The translations under genes were made by a program, and so were the position numbers. A DNA stretch of 54,134 nt, taken from NCBI GenBank assembly GCA_001642005.1, contig LWCA01000108.1, positions 1 through 54,134 of the forward strand, in the 5' to 3' direction. Shown piece by piece: positions 25,301-36,100 of the stretch. How positions within the stretch are numbered: position 1 is the stretch's first letter; every line of letters begins with the position of its first letter. This DNA comes from Intoshia linei. Taxonomy: Eukaryota; Animalia; Orthonectida. The notes below the pieces were generated by a model. The model worked only from the letters and a program-made list of their open reading frames with translations. It had not been told where the DNA came from and searched no databases.

Positions 25301-28300
25301 AATATTCATTGAAATGCATTAATATTTTGGAAATATCATTTTTTTATACTTGATATCTATTATACCTAATGATGTTCAAAAATATAATTTTTCATTTTTT
25401 TTGAGACACCTTAGTGTACAGTGTACAATTGTTTTTTGCTGAAATACTGCAATGAATTAATCATAAATTTAGTTTTAATAATTGAAAATTTTGTTTTATA
25501 TATTTGTGGAAATTTAAATTTAATCTGAATTGTTGGATATACATTATGTTAGCGGAAATTCCATTTTAACGGAATTTTGAATTATTTATTTTTTCTTAAC
25601 TCTCTCTCATCTTTTTTCTTTGAATTTGTATAAACCAAAAATTCCAATAATTTTAAAAATTTTATCTCTAAAGCTCTAGAATCCATTTTTAATGACTATC
25701 ATAAATATAAACTAATTTTTTTACTAATTAGAAGTCATATTTTAAGATAATTCGGATGAAAATATTGAGAAACCGTAAAAAAAACTGAGGTGAAAGTTAT
25801 GGAATGTCTAATTCAAATGTTTACTTGTAAAATTCGTTCTTAACCATTAGAAATGCGCGAATATCGCACTTTCTGGCAACTCTGGTCCCCATTGGGATCA
25901 AGCTATAACTAATAGTACATGGATTTGTTATCATAATTTGAAAACTTTTTAGATTCGTATTTGTATTTGTATGAAAAATTTGTATATACTGGCTATAAAT
26001 CAGTGGTTCCAGATTGGGGTCCAAAACTATATTCCTGGGTCCGTGAGATTTAAATAAAATATAAAAAAATTTTATCAACTTTTGTTTGTTTTTATAGGAT
26101 AATTTTTCATATTTATCACAGATTTGCCAGACGTTGGGAATTTATCCCAAAGCCTAGCCGACCGCTATATTATTATTTCAAAAATATTATTTAAACCCTA
26201 AGGGAAAAATCGACTTATACTGATATTATTTTGAAAAATCCGATTTTACCAACCCTTCATAGAAACATCCCTTTTTCCATAATTTTTTTCAAAAACACGA
26301 TTTTATCAAATCTTATCAGAAAAACCTCTTATTTTAATCCTAATATAAAAATTCAATTTTAGCAACTTTAGCAATTTATTTCCCATTTCGATCGAAAATC
26401 AACAACATTAATGTTATGTTTTGAATTTTTTATGTTTTATCAAACGAAAACTGAAAATTCATCAAATTTTTTAAAGTACTCTTACTAGAATTTCAAAAAA
26501 ATTACTTACCGAGTTTTTATTTTGTAAAACTAAGTAAAGATTATAGGTTTAAGTAATTGGTACAGCGGTGGGAAGCATTTACTGTTCGAAGGCAGCACTA
26601 ACGTCCCAAAAAAATATAATAAGGCCTCAAATTTCTAAATAAAATGTAATCAAATACATCAGTGCTTTTCATGGGAGTGACTGGTCACCCCAGGGGGTGA
26701 ATAATTTTATTAAGGGATGAATACGAAAATTTTAGATGATTGGGGTGAATGACAAATTTTTAGCATATTTTATTGAATTTAGTAAAATCTTATGAGAAAA
26801 AACCAAAATTTTAACAACGCCTACGAAAAAAATTCCATTTTACCAAAAATTAATATTTTAAAAAAATATATAAATATATAGAATAAAATAATTTTAAATA
26901 AAAAATAATTCAAATTGTTCAAAAGGTCGCACCAAATCGTAAATAAGTCAGCACTTTCCCCACGTCTGACTCAGTACTTACTGAGTTTAAAAAAAAACTA
27001 AGTTAACACACTAGTAAAGACCATTACTATATATTTTTAAATAGAGATTTCTATTCTCATTTAAAACGATAATTAACTATTATAATAGTTGACTAGATTT
27101 GAATAATGTCTGTGATTTTCAATCACCAATCCACAGCTTTAATAATGTAATTGTATAAATAATAAAATAGTTTATTATATTTCTGAAATTTTTAATAAAA
27201 AAATGATTTATTTAAATTTAACTATCGATAGACGAAATATAAATAGTTCAAAAGTAATCACTAATTAGTGTTAATAAATATATCAATATAAAAAATTAAA
27301 TTTGCTTTCAATTAATAAAAATAGGATATTAATATTTCTCCTATTTATAACATTAAATTTTTACATAAACATTACATTAAATATTACAAAATTATTAAAT
27401 TTTTACTACATGAGCTTCATTAATAACATACATTACAATAAATAATATTTTACAAAATGAAAATTACAAGTATGTTTTGAAAAATAAAACTGTTACGATT
27501 GATGCTAGTAAGCATTGATTACATGTAGTTTTGTTAATTCCGAAATTAGTTTAGTTAGAACCACGGCCGCTCGAAATTTATACAAATTTAGATACCTCAA
27601 AAACTGCAAAAACTCAAAAAAAAGAATTCTAGCACCTTGATTAGCGTAATAAACTTGCAAAAGTGCACATATTTTGTCTATTAACTAACACAAAATTGGT
27701 GTTTTTTTGGTCAAAATAATAAAATCTTAATTATTTCACACCTAGATTATGAATGGAGATTCTTTAAGAGTATCGTAATGTAATGTATCTTATAAGTCTT
27801 TATAACACAATTATTATTTTTTTCCATTTATATCTACCAAAAACTAAAAAATATGGTTTAAAGCCACGACTGTATTCATTCATTTTTCACAAGGGCTTTA
27901 ACATATTTGAGAACACTGCGGTAAACCCAACAGTAAAACGTTTTTTTAAATAGTCTGTCCGCAAAATCGAATTAATTTTATAATAGGCAGCGTTAGTGTC
28001 ATTATGGTGTATAGCTAATTGAATCAATTAAAAATGCTTTCAAATAAGATATATTAATATATTAAATGAAATTACACTTGGAATTTATTATTTCGATTAA
28101 ATTTATTGGTTTTAGCGACTTGCTTAGATGCATATTCATCACGAACAGTTTTTTCTTCTAGAGTTTTTTTTTGTTCAAACATGAAGGATTCTATTTTTTT
28201 TCGTAATAGTAACAATACTTGCTCTATAGCCCATGGTTGAGAATTGATAATATTGGAAATGACATCATCAGCCAACATGAATCCCAATTTAGAAAATACT

Positions 28301-28814
28301 TTTCTAATTATAGGTTTAAGTAAATATAAATGTACATTAATAATAAACCACATGAAAAATTAATTTAAACAAACTTGTTAATAATGGTCATGTTCATTCT
28401 TTTTCGAGATAGTGATCCTGATGGTACATAATTATGTGAATCAACGAATCGAGGTATAAAATGCTTAATGATTTCAGAAAGTAATACTAAACAAACATGC
28501 AGTACAGTATTACATTACGACAAATTTACAAACATGCTGACCGAACCTATTTAATAAATTCCAATTGTTTTTTTTTCTTTCGGAATTGACAGCTGGCGAA
28601 TAAGAATGCATGTCAATTATATTTTGATTAAAAAAATACACCACCTCAGCAGTCATCACTATATATTGTAAATTTGCGCATTAGCCTAATCAACCTTACC
28701 TCCATCACTAAAATCTCGTCTAATGTCCTTTTTAGGCCGCGAAAGTGGAATTTTGTCGACCCATTGATACAGTTCCTCGAGAGTATCAGTATCCATATGT
28801 TGCGAATTTGCCAT
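19368..28814 (-). CDS. SPEF1: Sperm flagellar protein 1 (CH domain plus C-terminal coiled coil) with two alternative exon-2 copies
   Basis: Exon 1 (28814-28700) encodes MANSQHMDTDTLEELYQWVDKIPLSRPKKDIRRDFSDG. Exon 2a is 28658-28547 and exon 2b is 28486-28375. Exon 3 from 28303 encodes KVFSKLGF...IINSQPWAIEQVLLLLRKKI. C-terminal exons near 19950-19660 encode YIEEKEQDLLAKEETIQ/ILQAKIRRLEHLSHLKDIRLGDL. Likely last exon is 19420-19368. Middle exons are unresolved. Confidence 0.9.
19533..19597. repeat. 65-nt intronic hairpin with 15-bp perfect stem
   Basis: CAATTGCGTCATGTA (19536-19550) pairs with TACATGACGCAATTG (19580-19594); an outer pair TCAGTATG/CATACTGA is also present. Confidence 0.85.
21314..22113. 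mobile_element. Tc1/mariner-type foldback element with long inverted arms, spanning an assembly N
   Basis: TA|TAGTGTACAGTAAGGTGTCTCA...TGAAACACATTAGTGTACACTG|TA. Internal inverted arms at 21433-21550 versus 21850-22044; direct duplicate at 21585-21745; N at 21746. Confidence 0.7.
23336..23707. mobile_element. hAT-type MITE, 372 bp, in a SPEF1 intron
   Basis: TIRs CAGTAACGGATCTAGA / TCTAGATCCGCCACTG; TSD CCAGTATA/CCTGTATG. Confidence 0.8.
24958..25251 (+). mobile_element. Helitron-like family 5' end, cut by an assembly gap
   Basis: A|TCCTAACTTATATAATATGCTACGC..., near-identical to the 15662 copy; ends at N 25252. Confidence 0.8.
25253..25425. mobile_element. Right end of a second copy of the Tc1/mariner-type foldback element
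   Basis: Matches 22000-22115 (AAACTTTAAATGGTCAGGCTATC; TTGAGACACCTTAGTGTACAGTGTA). Confidence 0.7.
26001..26097. mobile_element. hAT MITE end related to the 10208-10447 element
   Basis: CAGTGGTTCC...TTTATCAACTTTTGTTTGTTTTTATA is the reverse complement of about 10348-10447. Confidence 0.7.
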
Positions 28815-29135
28815 TAATATGGTGAGTTTATTTCAAATTATTTATATGTTGCTTTGTTATATTAAATTAGTTATAGTAATATAATAAATACTTGCTTCAA
28901 CTGTGACATTATACCATTTTAAGTGACCCAATTTTAATTTTGTCAATTGAAACGAAATTTTCATGATATAAAATTTTTAGAGTTTTCACGTTTACAATTT
29001 TCTGAAATTTCTCAAAATGAAAAAAATAGAAAACAGATCAAAGTTTAATTTACCAACATCAAGTAACTTGCAATATTAAGATGTTATATATTTCACAAGT
29101 CGGTGAATGAGGTTTGGTGGAGTTTGATATAATGG

Positions 29136-29863
29136 CTATAGAATGGTACATTTTCTAGTTTTTAGTAAGGGTTTTGGTGAAATAACTGCACCGACAGCTA
29201 ATTTGAACGTCAGGTGGAGACCCTGTTTGGTGAGAGCTGATGTTTCATGGTAACATAAATATTGGTTTTCTTTAGCATATTTGCGACCCTCCTCAGCAGT
29301 GACGGGTTTCAAATTTTGTTTGTTAAGTTGTTCTAGAACAGTCGGATCCTTTCTAAGGTCCACTTTAGTACCTACTAGTAGTCTGGGTTTAGTTGGGCAA
29401 TGGTGATTGAGTTCTGGTGTCCACTATATATAATTTAGTACAAATCATAAAAATGAAACCTTTCGTGTTACATTACTAAAAGTGACAGGACTGACCACAT
29501 TAAAACACACGAGAAATACATCCTAAAAATATTAAATCATTAAAAAAACTTTTACCGTTTGAGGGTAGGATAATGGTCTCAAACGATCATAATCTTCCTG
29601 GCCTGCAGTATCCCACAGTCCAATCGTCACGGGTTGACCTTCAAAATTTTCTGCAGCCGAATAGTTATCGAAGCTATACGTTTTAAAAGTTAATTTAAAA
29701 AAATATTTACATGATTACACTGTTGGTATGTAGTGTCCAGGAAATGTTTGAGATGTATACGTAATTAACAGCGAAGTTTTTCCTACGGCTCTAAACAAAA
29801 CTTTATCCACATTGTTTCATTTTCATACCCATCACCGACAACTACACATTTAATTGCAATCAT
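29136..29863 (-). CDS. Rho-family small GTPase, Rac-like, 5 exons
   Basis: [41 protein letters not shown]...[29 protein letters not shown].../[10 protein letters not shown]...LVGTKVDLR...ETSALT...KTRKCTIL*. Trp at the Rac W56 position; CAAX box CTIL. Confidence 0.93.
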
Positions 29864-30114
29864 CAATTCTACGAGTACAAAATCAAAGTAGTCTTTTCAA
29901 TTGTTTCACCAATGCCAATTTCAAAATTTGACAATAAATACTTGCAAGATGAAAGAAACTATTTATTAATTCTAAAACAAACAATAAAAACTTGGATACT
30001 TTACTTTATTTCCCAAAATTTGTTTTGAGTAATTTCCAAAGCATTACCCCAGATACACTGCTACACATATTTAATGACATTGAAGAAAAAAATTTATTTA
30101 CGATTGTAAACAAA

Positions 30115-33100
30115 TTATCTACCAGAAATGATACTACATTCATCGTTTGTTTTCAAATTTATTAGTTTCGCAAACATCTACAAATTTGTCAATTACTTTA
30201 TTTTTATTTTATACCTGCTGCAGACTTGGTGAAACAATGTGAAAATTTCTAATTGATTTTCCTTTAGCTTCTAATAAGTTTACAAATAAATTTGTACTCT
30301 TCAGGTTCATTTCCATACAATGAAATATTGCGTAATTTTTTGTATCCTGGTATAAACTTGCAGTAGGTAGTACGGTTTCTTTCCAAGTATCCGCATCGCC
30401 AAAATTTTCGTTTTTAAATACAGTTATTTGGAAATAACTTCCATATCTAAATTTATTTAAATTAACAATCTAATATCAAATTCATTTACAGTGTTAGATG
30501 ATACATTTCAGTGTTTCACTAATGGGGCTAGACTGCTCCAGGGGACAAATGATATTAAAATTTCTTAATACGTCGGGATCGTTTTAATTTCAATATTGAA
30601 AATTCTTTAATTTTAAAAAAATTAGTTATTCCAAAAATGAACACCTAAAAAATTATAATCTCAGAAAGTGACGTCTCAAGTGTCAAAAAAAAACTTTTAT
30701 AAAAAGAATTCAATTAAATTAAAAAAATCAATTTGACCTATTCATTTAACTAAATTATTAAAGCAATAGCCGCAGCCTAAATTTATATTAATTTAATCAT
30801 TTCGAAAATTAAAACTATTACACTGTCAATGTCACAGATACAAATGAAGTGTATACAAAAATTGGATCAAGATTGTATTCTCTAAGTCTTATACTCTAGA
30901 TTTGGCAAATTTTAAATGAAGAAGGTTAATGAATATTTATTATATTTAGCATAAGTTTCTAGTATCCAAAATAAAAATGGAACTTTATTAATTGTATTTG
31001 CCCTAATTTGAACCAATGAAAAAAATTTTCACATAACCTCTATTTGAAATGTAAACAATTCTATTAAATTTAATAAAAATCAAAATAAAACTAATTCAAA
31101 TCTATATTATAAATGTCATGTAATTTATTATCTACTAGCTTGAATGTTATGTATTTCGTACAAACAGCAATTAGCTCAGCCGAGGCCACATTTTATTTTT
31201 AAGACCTATTTTTTAATTTATTATAGAGTGTATAAGCTTAAAAAATCCTGAAATTTATGACAATGTTAATGATTTTAAAATGCGTAGAATTTGTTTTTTT
31301 AAATTCTAGAACTATTAATTTTTTAAATAAATAGTAACACACACAGTTATTCAATTTTATATAAATAAAGAATAATTAAAATATTACAACTATACAATAT
31401 ACTCAGGAGTATATATTGAGTATTACTCACATTAAATTAAAATTTAGTAATGTAGGATTTCTATTACATTTAAAACGGTTTGAGAGTTACAAAAATTGTC
31501 AGTGAGTGGAAACATAATTAACCAAAATTAAAACAGATCACTTACCCTGACAGTGTATGAAAGAGGTCATAATGACCTTAATAACTGAAATCACTATACG
31601 AGGGGGAAATTTTTTGTTTTCAAATGAAATTTTTCATTAAATTACAATAATGTAGTTTATAATTTCAACCACTTGTATATTTTAACCGATAATTATAGTA
31701 TACTTTAATTTGTCATCTATTGCATCACCAAAAAAAATCCATTTAAAAAGATAGTTTATGGTTTACCGAGTTTTCGTTTAAAATAAAAAATTTCATGTAT
31801 TTAGAAATTCACCATATATAATTGAAAAAATACCTTTTATTAAGTAGTGTTGGTAATCCAAATGCTAGAATATTACCATCATCGATAATAGCAACTTTGT
31901 TCGTATACATATCCAATTCTTTCATACTAAATGATTATAATCATTCAGAGATTTTAATAATTTTTATCGTTTAATTTTAACAACAATATCATTTTATTCT
32001 CATATTTCTAGTTATTCTTATAAAAATGGAAAGTGTAGAGTCTGTATGTTTCTTAACTTGTGAACCGCGGTGTAATCATAAAATTATTTACTAATACCCA
32101 CACAACCAACAATATAAATTGAAATTGAAACATAATTTTTCTCAAAATTTTCAGAGTTGATTAAAAAATTATGCAAAACAAAACCGGAAAATCTAGAGTT
32201 GAGTAAATAATTATATGAAAATTTTTGATCATGTTCAAAAAATACTTGTGAGATGTAATGAGAAAAATACGACTTTTTGAAGAATATTTTTTAATGCATT
32301 TCCAAATAGCGCTTCTTCCATGAATATCTACTCCAGTAGTGGGTTCATCCTAATACAAAAAATTTTACATTCAAATTATAAAAAACTGTACCAATATAAT
32401 TATTTGCGAAGGGCTCGTCAATGTGATGGCAAAAGCTAGTAATTTCCGGAAACCTCCAGATAAATATTCAGCTTTTGTATTCGCATACCTCGTCAAATTT
32501 AATATTTCAAATAAATCTTTTCTCAGCTATTATTAAAATTAAATATTATACAAATGTGATAAGAAACTAAAAAATTAATAATATTATAATTATCATTAAT
32601 TTTACAATATTAAATATTAATATTGTAATAATACCATTTTAATGTATTCGCTATCCAAGCCGTACATTAACCCAAAATACATTATGTGATCATTACATGT
32701 AAGGTATTCAAATAGTGGTTCAAATTGAGGGCAATATGATATTGAAGATTCGGTATTTTTGCTAAAATGCAAAAAATAATGTACATGTTAAAATGAAACC
32801 ATTGGTATCAATGGATTTTTATTGTGTCGGTTACAGAGCCGTCTTAAGCCACTTCGTGGCCCTGGGCTAAGCAAAGGGCTGGAGACCCTTTAAAATTTTG
32901 AGCGAAGCGATAAAAAAAATTTTTATACCCCTTTTTAGAAAACAGGGCATACGGTTGGTTGGAGACTTATAGTCTTATTTCTTATTAGTCTTATTGAGTA
33001 TTATTAAATGCATTAAAAGATATTATGTAGGTTTCTAGTAACTTTTATTTCTTTTACAAAAACTTACTTTATAATGAACAAAGTTTTTTATTTATAAATT

Positions 33101-36100
33101 TATCAAATTTTTGAAAATATTGGAATATTTTGGTTTGCTTTTTTTTAATTGATATGCCTATTATAATTTATTATAAAATAAGAAAACATATTTTAAGAGT
33201 AAAATTTTAGTTAACGGAATTTTTGGTTTGTCAAAATTTTGAAATTCCATTAAATAGGACTTAGACTGTACTATCAAAACTGATATCATTCAAAATATCA
33301 TTCTCAATTGACATTAAGTAGAGCGCATTCAAACGAGGTTGATATTGAAATTGGGCGCCTCTTTTTAAGATATAAATGTAAATTAATTTTATTAATTTGG
33401 GGCCTTTTTTAATGAGTTTCCCTGGGCTACAACCATATTGCCCATGCCTGAAACCATGCCCATAAAACGGCTCTGGTCAGTTATTATTAATACCATTTAT
33501 TTTCAATTTTTCCTCTTGTTTGAACAATTTTATGTGTTGTTATATTTAGCAATGTCGTTTTACCTGAGCCATTTCGTCCTAATAAGCAAAATATGTCTCC
33601 TTCCTGTAAACCAAACGAAATGGAATTTAGACTAGTTTTCTTGGCGAAAAAGTAACGCTATATATAAATATAACTTATACAATTATAATTAACATAATCA
33701 TACATGTTTAATATCGTTAAATCTTATTAATTCTGCATTTTCCTGTATAGAATTTTGAACTCTTTTTTTTTCTTTAACTGCTGAAACATCAATCCGTGGA
33801 GAATTACGAATTCCAGTAAAATAATGAGCTCTATTGACGGTATTAATGCATTTTAATAGACTAAAAAATTACTTGGAAATGTATTCGGAAAATAATTCAA
33901 TGGTTATGGTTAACAATATGCAAACCGAAGAAACAGTTATGTGTGTAAACGTCATATAAATTAATTCATTATCCAAACTAGACTGGTCTAAAATACAATT
34001 TGATGGTGATGAAACAAAAAAATTATAAAAGTAGTTTTAATTGTCATTTAATTTATATTAGTATTTTTGATAATAATAATTAATTTCTAATGACAATAAC
34101 TATTATAATATTTACTTTTAAATTTCTTTAACATTGAATTAAAAAATGTTGCAATAGTGTTCATAAATAAAACATAAAATCCATTGTAGCGCATGTAGTA
34201 GGGATTAAACTATTTAAAATTTCAATGATATATTATATTGTTGAATTACAGGTAAATTAGATGAAATCTTTTTAAATTTCATTTGAGAAAGTATAGCCGC
34301 CATAGTATACAAAATAGTTAATATACTAAAGACATAATTGAATTTTAGAAAAATTTTGGACAAGAGAAAGTTTAGACTCAACATGTACACTCTAAATTTA
34401 AAATTAAATACATTTACATTTTGAATATATTTTGGATAAAATGAATAAAATTTTTCAAAATAAGACTAATTAAATAAATTTTGGTTACTATCGATTTTCA
34501 AATTTAATTTGAATTAATTTTATTTATAAACTAAATATATTAATAGATTTATAATTGTTCACTTACGCTACTAAAGCATATGATCCTATTAAACTTTGAA
34601 AATTTTCTATTTTTATCCAATCGAGTAAATTGGCTGTCAAGATTAATAAATAACAAATTATTAACTAAAATTGTATAATAAAACAAAATATCAACAAATG
34701 AATATGAAAAATTACTGTATTTGATGCAATTGTTTCTATCCAAATTTTTAGTGTACCAAATTTTCTCAGAGATAACAAGTGTCTAATTCCATTTTTTGAA
34801 ACAAAAATGTATTTAGAAATTGTTAGAGAAATATACAAGAAAATAACAAAACTAAGCAATATGGTAGCCATATTTGGTAAAAATAATAATACCACACTAA
34901 ATTATTATGTAATTATGTATACTAAACATCATAGTTTACAATTGAATCACTCTATTTTTTGATGTTTTGAATTCCAATTTTTCTTGCATACGATATTGTA
35001 TCTGAATCCCTTTTTTATGTGTGTCATTTTTAAATATTGACCTCAGTAGCATGTTTGAATATACCGACAGCATTGATACATGGCTCAGTGAATGTTCATT
35101 ATTGTAACTTATCTAAACCCTGACTTAAATAAAGTAATTACTGCTTAAAATTTTTGTCTGTCTGTGTCACGATGTATCAAGAAAACTAAGTTTTTTAAAA
35201 TTCAAAAACAATAATTCCAAGCCATTTATTTTCGGCAATCTTTTGTAAGACGTTTCATTAAATTTCATTTTTTGATAGGATTAAAAAAGTTACAATTAAC
35301 AAATTACAAACATTCAAGCTAGTTAATTATATAATACAATCTGTTATAATTTACAGATGCTAATGTAGGTTTATTATTATTCTTTGAAAACATTTCTTCA
35401 AAAGAAACCCAGTTGGACGAAATCAATATTAAATCAAATCCTCTAAAAACAGATGAATCATTCTTTTTGTAATTGCGATGAAAGCTTATTCCGCCCACCC
35501 TAATTTTATTATATAATAATATTACAAGGTTACTTTATTATACCGATTAATAGAATAATCTCGTTCCGTATAATTCAGCCATTTAACAACGCTGATTAAT
35601 TTAGTATCAATTTCAAGCAGGTATTCATATGTAGGTAAATAGGTGTATTTGGGAGTAGAAACTATATAACATATTAGTTTTATATAATAATAGATACATC
35701 CAGTGCCGATTATACGCTTTTATAGTTTATAAATAAATCATTATCTTGTTTATTCAAAAAGATTTCCATATTTACTTTTAGACTAATTTTTTTTATTGGT
35801 ATATCAGAATTTGCAAACAAGTGGACGCGAGGTAATTTAAATCAGTTTTTCTCACTTGCCACCATGAAGCCAAAAAAATTTTATGTTTGCTCAGCAAAAA
35901 ATTGTAAACAAGCTATGATGTTTCAGAGACGTTCAATATAAACCAAATTATTTTGTTTTTTGAACCGAAACAACTTTTTTTCTTAAATTTGATGCTTTTA
36001 CTTGCAAAATCTTATAATAGATATGTGTCTACAAATGTATACTGAATATTTTTAGTAGGAACCGACAAATATTAATTTTTAAGTATTTTATTAATTTTTT

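Noticed and set aside
27741-27790. Exon-like segment within SPEF1
   Set aside because: All frames stop before the apparent donor; it cannot be supported without RNA data.
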